Below are positions 23,465 to 35,929 of a stretch of DNA of 64,000 nucleotides, in pieces. The DNA is from Mobula hypostoma (taxonomy: Eukaryota): NCBI RefSeq assembly GCF_963921235.1, contig NC_086118.1, positions 24,988,001 through 25,052,000 of the forward strand. The letters are read 5' to 3'. The position numbers and the translations under genes are program-made. Below the pieces are notes generated by a model. The model had not been told where the DNA came from, did not search any database, and saw only the letters and a program-made list of their open reading frames with translations. Within the stretch, counting starts at the first letter, position 1. Each line of letters starts with the position of its first letter.

Positions 23465-26360
23465 TGATATATTTTGTAATTTCAAAACATTAAACTAATT
23501 CAAAAAAAGACATGGGAGTCTAAAATGCGGGCCTAACTTCGAGATTACTTTAAGGGAGGTGTGCATATGTCACGTGGTAGTGTGATGACGTATGCAGTTC
23601 ACGTAAATTTTATGTATAACCATACTTATTTAAATGAACAAGAATGCTCAATCAAATATATATAAAAGATTTTACTCAAATATTTCTTAAATATTAATTA
23701 CATAACACTCCTCTCTGTTTAGCTACGAACTCAACTCAACTTATATATATGTACATAATATATAATACAACTACTATATACAGACATCCACAGCATAGTA
23801 AATTTTAAGTTGTCCCATTCAGGCCTAAAGATTTAATTGTTGTGGAGCATTTCTTGCTCTTGCAGGATAACATCTTTCCTGACAAGGGGGATCACTTTGC
23901 TTGGCAAGTGAGACTTGTGGCTGTGAAACAATCTCAGTTTCTGGGGTCTCCTCCAAGGTGGTTGTAGGAGTTGACTCTGAGATTGCAGAAAGTTGTTCTG
24001 ATGGCACTAGCCACCTTTCTTCTTCTACTTCCTTTTTCTTCTAATTTGTGCATCATGATTTTGGGAAGATACATTTAGTTCACTGGAGTAGTCCCTTGTT
24101 ATCCAATTTCTCCTCTTGGATGCCTCATCCACAAAATCATCTGATAAATCCTCAGTTTTCAGATCTTTTTTGGCTCCTCTCTTTATGGCCTTCCATTTAT
24201 CCAGCTTGGCTTTGGTCTTTGTATCTACCTTTGCAACCAGCTTTTTGTCTCCCACTTGAAGTTCCAGCAATAACCTCAAAGCATGCAAAGTGGATTCTGG
24301 TTCTTTATATTCCCAAAATCCAAATACTTCCAACTTTCCAGAAGCTCCTTGAACTCCTTTCCAGCCTAAAACTAAACCACCTTTCACAAGTAACTGGCTG
24401 ATTAACATATCATAGGCTTTCCCAAATATGTTATATTCAAAAACTGTTGTAGTTGGACCTCTGCTTTTATCGTTTTCACAATCCCTCTGAACAGCATCAT
24501 CCTTCCTTTGTCTAATGTGCTTCCCAACCAGAGGCCAGCACCAATGCCTGATTGCCCTCTGTTGGGCAATGGTTCACAGTGTTCAACATGCTACAGTTGT
24601 TGCATCATCCAGTATATCTCTTAATTTGCTGTCAGTTGTCTCCATTGCAGGGGATGTGGCATACAAATGGTGGATGAACGTCCAATTAAGTTGTAGTTGT
24701 CTCAGCCAATCATACCCCACAATGCTGGTCCCTTTGTTTTGAGCACATACAAGCGCAGTGTGGCTTGTTGGTTGTCATATCTCACAGTTACAAATGTCAT
24801 TCCCACAAGAGTTATCTTTTCTCCAGTATATGTTCTTAGTTGGATATCTGCAGGCTTCAGTTGGATATCTTTGAAATGCTCTTCAAGTATTTTGTATATT
24901 AACTGAAACAATTGAACCAGTGTTTAATTCCATTTTAATTAATTTACCATTTATTTCCAATGTAAGCCATAATGCTTGTCAACTGTTAATTTTCACATTG
25001 TAATTCTGCAGGCCACACAGTGCTGTTTGTCTCATCATTATTAGATTTTTCATCAACAGCATGCATATTAGTGCTCTTTTTGAAACTGCAGATCAACTTT
25101 TTAGCTTTTTCTTTTCCCTGTGCTGTCCATTTATTTTTGGCTGCCTGACATGCTCTTAGTATGTGTCCTACTTTGTTGCAGTTTTCTGCAGGTTTTACCT
25201 TTAAACCTGCATTGTTCTGGTGTGTGTGAGCCCCTACCAGAATGGTAACACTGTTTGTTTGGCCTGGCTGGTTTCTGTTTAGATGTTGCAATTTTATTCA
25301 TGCTCAGTTTCATTCCTGAGTACAACTCAATTGCATTTCTGTCTGTGGCTTCAAATTGAAAGAGTGATTTCAACTGTTCTTTTGAATGTAAGTTGTGCTT
25401 CAGTTATGAGCCATTTTTGAATGTTTTCCTGTATTCCACAAACTAAACAATCTCTTAGTGCATCATTAAGCCCATTATCAAACTGACAATGCTCAATCTC
25501 TTCAATTCAGCTACATAAACTGAAATAGACTTTTCTTCTTTTTGATCCTGCTTATGAAACCTAAATCGATCTGCAATCAACAACGATTTCAGTTCTAAGT
25601 GTTCCTGTATCACACTTATAATATCAGCAAAGTTCATATCTGCTGGTTTGGTTGGAGCAGTCAAACTTCGAAGCAAACACTATGTGTCAATACACTGAAC
25701 AAAATTGATACTTATTTCTCATTGGCTATTTAATTTGCTTTGAAATATTGCTGAATTAGCACATATACATATTCCAATCATCTTTTCTGTAAGCAAACAT
25801 GTCAATTTTTCCAATGTAGCCAACCATTTCTCCTTTTTTTATAAAGTAAGGTTATCATCATTTGGTACTAACTGAATTTTTCCATTCTCTTTATGAACCC
25901 CTGAATTCTTCCATTTTCTGCCTTATTTTCAAAACTTGATTGTGTCTTCTCTTCTAAAGAACATAAACTGGGCTGCTTTTATTATACTTGGCTGTCTCTG
26001 CACGTGCGTGGGTACGCTTTATAGTCACTATGTTTTTCTTTTCATTTGAACTTCTCGCTGTGCTTGAACAGGTTAGTAGCTGTCTCCACTTCATTTTAAA
26101 AATACCTCGTCATCAGTGATTTGTTTTGTAACTTCAGAACATTAAACTAATTCAAAAGAAGACATGAGAGTTGGAAATGCGGGTCCAACTTTGAGTTTAC
26201 TTTCAGTGAAGTATGCGCATATCGCATTGTACTGCGATGGTGTATGCTTTTCACATTTTTATACTTCACCCGTAATTATTTAAATGAACAAGAATGCTTA
26301 ATCAAACAATATTTTTACACAAGATTACTCAAATATTACTTAAATATTAAATGTACAATA
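23465..26360 (-). mobile_element. Gypsy (Mag-like) LTR retrotransposon, non-autonomous, carrying an RBM25 fragment
   Basis: Two ~243-bp LTRs (23465-23707, 26117-26360). PBS-like TGATGACGAGG and PPT-like CAGAGAGGAG. Degenerate 5-bp TSD atgct/gtgtt. Gag (LRSLTAPTKP...RFRFHK...YVAELKRLS, two zinc knuckles), protease (MELNTGS...LRTYTGE...PALWG) and integrase tail (RCYPARAR..PQQLNL). Confidence 0.93.
24016..24535 (-). pseudogene. RBM25: Captured fragment of RNA-binding protein 25 (RRM and following region), apparently intronless
   Basis: Open frame 24573-24025 reads LVGKHIRQRKD...ENDKSRGPTTTVFEYNIFGKAYDMLISQLLVKGGLVLGWKGVQGASGKLEVFGFWEYKEPESTLHALRLLLELQVGDKKLVAKVDTKTKAKLDKWKA...DYSSELNVSSQ..RRKRK. 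It is colinear with vertebrate RBM25 as recalled (GPTTTVFVGNISEKASDMLIRQLLAKCGLVLSWKRVQGASGKLQAFGFCEYKEPESTLRALRLL). Confidence 0.93.
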
Positions 26361-27467
26361 GTGTTGGTGATGTGTTGGGCGGTTTTGACTACCACTATCA
26401 AGCCCTTCTGTCTGCTGCAGCGCAGTTTCCATACCACACAGTGATGCTGCTGGTTAGGATGCTTTCTACTGTGCCTCTGTAGAATGACATGAGTGTAGAT
26501 GTACATAGCCCAGCTCTCCTCAGCCTCCTCAGAAAGTGAAGGCATTAGATAGCTTTCTTGACTCTGTAGAATGCATCTTGGGACTATGAGAGGTTGTGCG
26601 AGATGTGCACTCCCGGAAGTTTGAAATTGCTCGCAGTTTCCACTAATGTAAAAGAGAGGTGTGAGAGTTGCAAATTCTCTTGAAGTCGATCACCATCTCC
26701 TTTGTCTTGTTGAAACTGAGGAAGAGGTTATTTTGCCTGGCACCAGGCCTCAGACTCTTCCACCTCCTCCCTGTAGGCTGTCTCATCTTTACTGGTGATG
26801 AGCCCCCCCACTGTAGTGTCATCAGCAAACTTGACAATGTGATTATTCAGGTGTTTGGCCATAAGAAACAGAGTTAGTATTTCACGTTGAAAACCCTTTG
26901 TCAAAACTAAGGTTCCACAAATCTAATACTGAACTTAGTGGGAGATTGAACTTCTGATGAAAAAATGTTATTCAAGCGGGTTTTAATAAAAGATAGCTAA
27001 TATAAGACAATAAGATCTTAAGATATGGGAACAGAATCATGATCAAGATGGCGCTGGCAATACATGGTGACATTTTGCGGGCAGCTTACAAAACTATTAG
27101 ATAGTCCACTGGATATGCTTCTTTTGAACTACAATTGCTGCAATTCATAGCCTGTAGTTTCAGTCTAAGAAATATACTTTTGAACCTTCTAAACAACTAA
27201 CTGAATATTTTTTTTATATCAGATGTTCTAACTAATCTGATTAGTAGAAAAACTGTACTTGGCATTCTGAATTTTGAAGTACTTGGATTATTTTTAATAT
27301 CCGGTATGCAATTAGATCCAAGTAGTCTAAAGAACAATATTTCTTGATTTGAATTGGAACAGTTATGCCCCTGAACTAATGTGCATCAAAGATGAGAAAA
27401 TGTACTGTTAAGACTAGTTTATTTTGGTGCAAATCACGTAAAAAGAAGGATTTAATCCAATGTATAT

Positions 27468-27755
27468 AGTACAACTTCCCTCCATTGAGGACATTTACAG
27501 CAGCAGGTGCATAAAGAAGGCCTGGAAGATCATCGGGGAGACTGGTCACCCCAACTATAAACTGTTTCAGCTGCTTCCATCTGGCAAACAGTAACACAGC
27601 ATTAAAGCCAGGACCAACAGGCTACAGAACAGCTTCTTTCTACAAGCCATTAGACTTATAAATTCACATGTGTGTACATTGTGATGGAGTCATAACACAA
27701 AGATTTTTACTCCCTCATGCTGTGGGACAGTTGTATGATTTAAGTAAATAAATAA
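27468..27755 (+). mobile_element. Rex1-type LINE 3' end
   Basis: LPSIEDIYSSRCIKKAWKII...HP..LFQLLPSGK...ARTNRLQNSFFLQAIRL, followed by an AATAAA tail. Confidence 0.85.
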
Positions 27756-27889
27756 AGTTCTCATTTCTGGTCAAATTGTATCCATAGCAATATTGGATTG
27801 AGCACCTCCACAAGCTATGCATATTAGTAAGCTAGGTGTCAGAAGTGAAAACGATCTGGTAATAATCATACTGAGAGGCAGAGCGGGGG

Positions 27890-28250
27890 TTCAAGATCAC
27901 GTAATGTTGTTTTCTGTACACAAGTGTAAAGGAGAACAAAATAATTGTTACTTCAGATCCAATGCAGCAGAAAAAAACACACACACAATAAGATCAAGAA
28001 CGCAATAATAAAAAATGCAATAAATGTAAATACTTATGATAGCTCATGTACAGTACATAGGGTGATTGTATGTACATAAAGTGATGCTAGATACAGGAGT
28101 GGCTGTACATTAGATGACCTTAACAGGAAATGATAAAGTAGCGGTTGTGTGAAGGTGTTGATCAGTCTTACTATTTGGGGAAAGTAACTTTTTTTTGTCT
28201 GGTGTTCCTGGTGCAGATGCTATGTAGCCTCTTCCCTGATGTGAGTGGGC
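27890..28250 (-). mobile_element. Rex1-type 3' tail, same subfamily as 23001
   Basis: caagtgtaaagg-gaacaaaataattgtta...gatccaatgcagca is shared with 23035-23090. Confidence 0.8.
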
Positions 28251-30359
28251 AATAGCATGTTTGAATAGCATATTACTCCTTCACTTTATTAGATTCTAAT
28301 CAAGCTATTCCCCAGAGGGATATTATTGTACTTTTAGAACTTCCAATGTAGCAGAGATCAGACCTTAAGCAGGATCAGGGTGAGACTGCATATCTGATTT
28401 AATTCTCTGCGTCCTCAACCATGATATACTGTAGACATTGATAATCATCGGCCTTCTCCTCTTGCTCTACCTGTCCTTCCTGTTCATCCTGAATTCTGTT
28501 CACAAAGATGACCGAGAGGGCTCATTCTGATACACTCTGTAAATGGAAGTTAGTTGCTCTTGTGCAGTTTGATATATTAGCAGTACGAGTGGTAACAAGG
28601 GTGTCCACTATTGATCAAAGAAAACGTACTAGTCACAATGAAATGTTGTTGCTAAGCATTCATGGCTAATTGTACACATCGCACCTACTGTTGAGATAGT
28701 CTAGGGCTGAGCCTTCTTGCTAGATCCTGGTGGGGGTGGGGGTGCTGGGGGCAAGATCAGTGACAAGAGCTCAGACTCTGCAATCACAATGACTGCCTTT
28801 CATACTCTATCTGAATGGATGAAAAACACTGAATAACCCTTTAAACAGTTTCTTTTGGAATCTTGACCTCTGTGTGGGGAATGGAAGAATCAGAAGAAGA
28901 GCACTGAGTGGGGTAGAGAGCTGCCCTGGGTGGTTGTGGATCAAGGTGTATGCATGTGTAGGAGTCTGCATAAAAAGAGTGCTCTTGTTGGCTTAAAACT
29001 TTCCTTGACCTTACTAGTAAGGTCATGAAATTTTTCTGCAGCCTGGTTGCCTACTTTATGCATTCTCATTCTCGGCCAGTGCTACCCATCCTGTTTTCCC
29101 CAGTGACGGTCCCAATGGTGTAAATCCATTACCAAGACCCCCCCAAAAGATCCTGTGGTTCTCACCATTCCCTCTTGCAGCCATTGTGGGCGTTTGTGGC
29201 TGCCGTGGTGACTGTGTCTTTAAGGAGTCCTCTGATGTTCATTGTTATGCAGCTGAATGGCAGAAGCTATGATCAATTGGGATTATGAGTATAATCTCTA
29301 CTAATGTTGTTTCAAATGTCTTTTTATGCAGTATTTTTTTCTAGAGACACAAATGTGGCCATAATTTAGTGCATCCATAATTGTGAAAGCACATTTTTAG
29401 GCACACCTATCTAAATCATTATATGAGGGAATCCAAAAAAAACAGAAAACAATAGTGCATTTAACAGTCATAGCTTCAGAAAAGAGGAAAAGAAATGTGA
29501 ACATTTTACCCAAAGTGGCCAGCAGCGGAAATGTTAAAGTCTTGGTGAGATTTTCTTATATGCACTTATTGACCTGTTGTGCATCTTAAGATACAAATTA
29601 GGTTGGAATCTCAGTGGATCTAGATTTCCATACTTTTCACTCATTATCTATTGCAGTAAATATCTCTTAAGTTTCACCTTCTAGGAAAGGAGCTGTGAGT
29701 AGCTCTCACTTGTTGCTTTGCTGAAATGCTGGCCGTCACTGATTATTAAATTAAATTCTGGATCAGAACCATCAACAGCAGTCATATTAGGAAAGAAATG
29801 TTCCCTGCAGAACAATGAAACTGAGCTATGCCAGAGTATTTATCAAGCAAAACTGGGGAGGTTTATAGGAAAACAAACTGAGTCACAGATTAGTGTCAGA
29901 TTTCCTTGTGCCAGATACCGCTCAATCTTTTGTGTAACATAGCGCAGACATGCAATATTTTTCAGCTTAACTGCAAAGGATTTTGTCCAAATATTTAGAT
30001 GAATCAATGATGTTTTACACCTCAAAGTCTTTTTCTTACATCGCACAAATTGTCACATCTTCAAACAATTGGCCTTTGCACTATATGACCTGTTAAATAG
30101 TTATAATTAAACTAAGTAGCATAAAGAAAAGGGGAACTATTCCCTCTGTTGTTTACTACCTTGTCTTTCATTCTGCCCTGGTATTAATGCAACTCAGTAA
30201 AAAAAATTGGTTTGTCTAATAGTGTGAGACTGATAAACAGCCAGCCTCGCTCCAATTAGTAATTTTAATTGAAAGCATTTCTGACAACATACATAGATCA
30301 AAATAACCCATCAACCCTCATAACCATTCATGAAGATGACCTTTGCAGACAAATTTTTT

Positions 30360-30644
30360 TTTGCTTATTGAGATACAGCATGGATTAAGCCCTTCCAGTC
30401 CTTCGAGATGCGTCGCCAAGCAACCATCAATTTAACCCTAACCTAATCACAGGACAATTTACAATGACCAATTAACCTACCAACTGGTGCATCTTTGGAC
30501 TGTGGGAGGAAACCGGAGCACCCGGAGGAAACCCACGCGGCCATGGGGACAACGTACAATCTCCTTACAGACAGTGGTGGAAATTTAACCTGGGTCACTG
30601 GTACTGTAAAGTGTCGTGCTAACCACTACACTTTCATGCCACCC
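30360..30644 (-). mobile_element. tRNA-derived SINE (V-SINE/HE1-like)
   Basis: Close match to the copy at 18425-18710. Confidence 0.9.
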
Positions 30645-30889
30645 TAGTTCACACAATCACAAAGCACAGGAATTCAACCATATTTGCATATTTTTTTAAT
30701 ACAGCATAATCTGATTGCAAATGACTTATTCTGAAAAGGAACATGGTAACTACTATTTGCATCATCCAAGAAACTCCACTGGACATTTTCTTGTCTAAGT
30801 CAGTGATGGTCACTGGACACAACCGCCTGGTTATTCACAAAAGTGATGGTGTCAGTGTGCAGGAACTTAGACTGAGTTTAGATGCATTA

Positions 30890-31155
30890 TAAAGTGTATT
30901 ATTACTGACATATAAAGTGAAATTTGTTGTTTTGTGACTGCAGTATAGTGCAATATATAAAAATTACTACAGGTTACAATAAAAATGCATAAAAAGATAA
31001 ATAAATTGGGAGGGGAGAGCAAAATGGTGAGGCAGTGCTCGGGGGACCATGGAGCTTTCAGAAATGCGATGGTGCAGATGAAGAAGCTGTTCCTAAATCA
31101 TTGAGTCTGTGTCCTCAGGCTCCTGTACTTCCTTATTAATGGTTGTAATGAGAAA
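30890..31155 (-). mobile_element. Rex1-type 3' tail fragment
   Basis: gaagaagctgttcctaaatcattgag...tcaggctcctgtac as at 8050-8110. Confidence 0.75.
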
Positions 31156-31157
31156 AG

Positions 31158-34100
31158 GAAATAAGAGATAGGAACAGAATTAGGCCATTCATCCCATCGA
31201 GCCTGCTCTGTATTCCATCATAACTGATTTACTACCCCTCTCAATAAAATTCTTCTGCCTTCTCCCCGTAACCTTTCACTAATCAGGAACCTATCAACCT
31301 CCGCTTTAACTATACTCAATGATTTGGCCTCCACAGCTGTTTGTGGCAATGAATTCCACAGATTCACTACCCTTTGGTTAAAGAAATTGCTTCTCATCTC
31401 TGTTCTAAATGGATTTCGTTCTATTCTGAGACTGTGCCCTCTGGTCTTAGACTTTCACACTATAGGACAACATCCCTTCCACATCTGCTCTATCTAGGCC
31501 TTTCAATATTCGATAGGTTTCAGTGAGACTCCCTCCCCCCACCTCCATTCTTCTAAACTCCAGCGAGTATAGGCCCAGAGCCATCAAGCACTCCTCATAT
31601 GTTAACCCTTTCATTCGTGGAACCATTCTTGTGAAATCTCCTCTGGGCCCTCTGCAATGCCAGAACATCTTTTCTAAGATAAGGGTCCAAAACTTCAAGT
31701 GCAGTGTGACCAATGCCTTATAAAGCCCCAGCTCCACATCCTTGCTCATATTCTAGTCCTCTCAAAACAAATGCTAACGTTGCATTTACCTTCCTCCCAA
31801 CTGACTCAACCTGCAAGTTAACCTTTAGGGAATCCCACACAAGGATTCCCAAGTCCCTTTGCAACTTTGATATTCAAATTTTCTCCCCATTTAGAAAATA
31901 GTTTGTGCCTTTATTCCTTCTACCAAAGTCCATGACTGTAAACCTCCCTGCACTATATTCCATCTGCCACTTCTTTGCCCATTTTCCCAATCTGTCCAAG
32001 TCTTTCGGCAAGCTCCCTGCTTTCTCAGTACTACTTTCCCCCACACCTATCTTCATATTGTCCACAAATGTGGTCACAATTCCATCATCCAAATCATTGA
32101 CATAAAACATGAAAAGTGGTTCCCACACTCACCCCTGCAGAATTAGTCTCTGGCAGTGTCATGGTCCGGCCTGTGAAGTCCACATTCCGGTTCACGGTCC
32201 GGTCCATGGACTCCAGACTCCAGGTCTTCTGGCTGTCCCTTGTTTCAGTTGGGCTTATCATAGGCACCTGATGCTCATCTTGGGGCTGGGAATATAAGTG
32301 GCCCTGGGTTTATGTGTGGGTGCTGGTTTGTCTCGGCAGTATCCCCTTAGAGCAATCTGCCGGGGGAAGGGTATAGCAGCCACTCGTGATCTCTAGGCCT
32401 GGTTGGAGGACCACCGCTTCATGGAGTCTTGTTGTCTCTAGTTGGAGCAGTCATCGTGGTATGGATTCGGCTGTTTCTGGGGCCAGCTGAGTGGCCGTCT
32501 GTCACTCCAAGTTAGATATGGATTTGGCTATTTCCATGGCCAGCAAAGGTTGCTGGCTGTACTGAGACTTGGAGCCACCTTGGACTGAGCTCCCTTCCTG
32601 TCCTAGCCTCTGTGGGGTAAGCCAGGCTGTTGTTGCTGTTACCCTGTGGTTGGTCCTGTCCTTTCTCGTCCTTGCCTCTGTTGGGTAAGTCAGGCTGTCT
32701 CTTCTGTTACCTTGAGGCAGGACTGTTCCTTTCCCCTCTCCATATGAATCCCTGACAATTTCCTTGGCGGTTTACCTGGGCAGTCATCCCGGCCCTGCAT
32801 CCTAGTAAGCATCCCGGCCCAGCGTCCAAGGAAGGGGGCCCAGCCCTGCGAAAGCATCCCGGCCCTGTGTCCTAGGCAGGGTCCCGGCCCTGTGCTCTAA
32901 GAGGGAGTCCTGGCTCTGTACTCAAGGGCCTAGCCGAGCCTCGAAGAACCCAAGCTTGCATCCAGTCCTGTAGGCAAGTCATGTCCTCGCCTAGTTCTGG
33001 GATCTGAGTCCAAGTCAAGACCCAGGTTCTGGGTCCTTGTCCAGTCCCTGGCTTGGAGTCCAAGCCTAGGCTCCTAGTTCCCAGTTCCTTGTCCTGGTCC
33101 CACTTTCCTAGCCCAAGTCTGTGTTCCTGTCCCAGCTCCTAGTCTGTGTCTTGCAATTGTGTCCACCTTCAACGCCCCCTTATGACAGGCAGCCTTTATT
33201 TTCACTCTCTGCCTCCTGCCAATCAGCCAGACTTCTACCTATGGGAAAGATACTAGCATAATACTATGGACTCGTATCTTGTTGAGTAGCCTCATGTGCA
33301 GCAATTTGTCAAAGGGCTTCTGAAAATCTAAGTAAAAAATATCTGCTGACTCTCCTTTGTCTATCTTGTCTGTTATTTTCTCAAAGAATTCCAACAGATT
33401 TGTTAGGCAAGATTTCCCCTTAAGGAAACCATGCTGACTTTGCTGTATTTTATCGTGTGCCTCCAAGTACCCCAGAACCTCATCCTTCTTAGTAACAGCA
33501 ACTACTCTCACTTCTGCCCCAGACATACTCGAATTTCTGGCATACTGCTAGTGACTACCATAGTGAAGACTGGCACAAATTACTTATTCTAGGTGTCCAC
33601 CATTTCTACCTCTCTAGCCTCATTTTCCAGTGGTCCAATATCCACTCTCATCTCTCTTTTACTCTTCATATATCTGAGGAAAAACTTCTGGTATCCTCTT
33701 TTATATTATGGCTCACTTACCTTCATATTTCATCTTTTCTCTCCTTACGGTTTTTAAGTTGCCTTCTGTTGGTTTCTAAAAGTTTTGAAATCCTCTAACT
33801 TCCCACTAATTTTTGCTGTGTTATTTACCGTCTCATTTGCTTTTATGCTGTCTTTTACTTTTCCCCCCATGGTTGCCTCATCCTCCCCTTAGAATACTTA
33901 CTCATTTTTGGGATGTATCTTTCCTGTGCCTTCCAACTTGCCCCCAAAAATGCTAGCCATCACTGTTCTGTCCTCATCCCTGAAAGTATTCCCTTCCAAT
34001 CAACTTTGGCCAGTTCATCTTTCGTGCCTCTCATGCTCCTCTCTCAATTACTCCATTATAATACTGAAACATCTAATTTTATCTTCTCTCTCTCAACTGT

Positions 34101-35790
34101 GCTCTAAATTCTATCAGATTATGATTACCGCCTCCGAATGGTTCCTTTACCTTCAGCTCCCTAATCAAATCAGGTTTATTACACAACACCCAATCCAGCA
34201 TTGCCTTCCTTCTAGTGAGCTCAACCACAAACTGCTCTAACAAGCCATCTCATAGGCATTCTACAAAGTCCCTGTCTTGAGATCCAGGACTATCCACTCT
34301 ACCTGCGTATAGAAATCTTCCATGACTATCATAACATTGCTCTTTTGACACACCTTTTCTATTTCCCATTGTAATTTGTATCCCACATCCTGGCCACTGT
34401 TTGGAGCCACATATAAATTTCCATCTGAATCTGTTTACCCTTTCAGTTTTTTAACTCTTATTGTCAAGGACTCTACATCTTCCAATCCGATGTCACCTCT
34501 TTCTAAGGTTTCGATTTCATTTTTTACCGAACGAGCCACCTCACCCGCTCTGCCTACCTGCCTATCCTTTTGATACAAAGTTTACCCTTGGATGTAAAGC
34601 TCCCAACTATGATCTTCTTTCAGCCATGACTCAGCGATGTCCACAACATCGTATCTGCCAATTTTTAACTGCATAAAAGGATCATCTCTGTTATTCCGTA
34701 TATTATGTACGTTCAACACCTTCAATCCTGTATTCATCGCCACTTTCAATTTTGTCCCCATGTACACTTCAACTCATCGCACTGACTGCAATTTTGCCCT
34801 ATTATCTGCCTGTCCTTCCTTACACTGTAACTACTTGTATACCAACTGTCCCATCCTCAGCCCTATCACTCCAGTTCCCATCCCTCTACGAGATTAGCTT
34901 AAACCCCACCAACAGCTCTCGCAAACTTGCCTGCAAGGATATTAGTCCTTCTTGGCTTCAGGTTGTACCTTCCCTTGAAAAGATTCCAATGATCCAGAAA
35001 TCTGAAACATTGCCCCCCGCACTAAATCCTCAGCTACATATTCGTCTGCCTAATCTTCCTATTCTTCCTCTCACTGGTGCATGGCACAGGAATAAACCCA
35101 GAGATTACTGCCCTGGAGGACCTGTTTTTCAGCTTTCTGCCTAATTCCCTGTATTCTCTCTTCAGAACCTCCTTCCTTTTCCTACCTATGTCACTGATAG
35201 CAATATGTACCACAACTGCCGGCTGCTCACTCACTGTCTTTAGAATGCTGGGGCCTGATCCAAGATGTCCCTGACCCTAGTATCAGGGAGGTAAAATACC
35301 ACCTGGGTGTCTTTTTCACGTCCATAGAATCTCCTGCCTGCTCCGGTATCTATGGAATCTCTTATCACTACTGCACTCCTCTCCTCCCCTATTCCCTTCT
35401 GAGCCACTGAACCAGACTAAGAGGCTCAGTCACTGTGGCTTCCCCTTTGTAGGTCATCCCCACAATTGTCCAAACTGGTATACTTACTATTGAGGGGAAT
35501 GGCCACAGACGTACTTTGCACTGACTGCCTATTCCGTTTTCCCCTCCTGACAGTCACCCTGGTACCTGCCTCCAGTAACTTAGGGGTGACTACTTCCCTG
35601 TAGCTCCTATCTGCATTCTTCTCATGTGAGCTGAATGTCATCAGGTGGCTGCTCTAGTTCCTTAATACTGTCTCCAAGGAGCTGCAGCCCAATGCAATCT
35701 GTATAGATGCCGTTATTAGGGAGACTGGAGGCCATCCAGAGTTCCCACAACCTCTGGACCCATTCTCAGAGCACTATCTAAGCCAAAGAA
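31158..35790 (-). mobile_element. Near full-length degraded CR1 LINE (ORF1 esterase, ORF2 APE-RT, tail) with deletions and a solo LTR insertion
   Basis: SGNH esterase-like EQPAVVVHIAISDIG...VISGFIPVP. APE-like YDVVDIAESWL. RT SQHGFLKGKSCLTNLLEFF...YLDFQKPFDK and FYVNDLDDG..FVDNMKIG. Confidence 0.92.
32157..33187 (+). mobile_element. Solo LTR (1031 bp) with 5-bp TSD and internal minisatellites
   Basis: tgtcat...atgaca termini, perfect TSD ggcag (32152-32156, 33188-33192), TATA-like aatataag near 32291, and catcccggccc repeats at 32780-32930. Strand inferred from the TATA. Confidence 0.85.
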
Positions 35791-35929
35791 AGAGAAAAAA
35801 AAATCTTATTGGAAACTTACCTAGAACCTCTGCCTGTGTCTTATATTGGCCTTCTCCAAAAATGGCCCCTCTCTTTATACCTCCCTTCCCTTTATTGCTC
35901 AGATAAAACTCACTTCCAACGAGACTTGT

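Larger units (their letters stand above)
23001..26862 (-). mobile_element. Rex1-type LINE (23001-23464 and 26361-26862) split by the Gypsy element
   Basis: IKDPTHPAHRL motif on the left. KFADDTTVGG and NKTKEMVIDF on the right. The sequence joins across the insertion. Confidence 0.85.

Noticed and set aside
24025..24408. Genuine RBM25 gene exon
   Set aside because: It is embedded between protease and integrase tail inside paired LTRs, lacks splice context, has substitutions in conserved RRM residues and an apparent short deletion, and ends in a premature stop.
32780..32930. CRISPR-like short repeat array
   Set aside because: Degenerate tandem minisatellite in a eukaryotic LTR, with no unique spacers and no cas genes.
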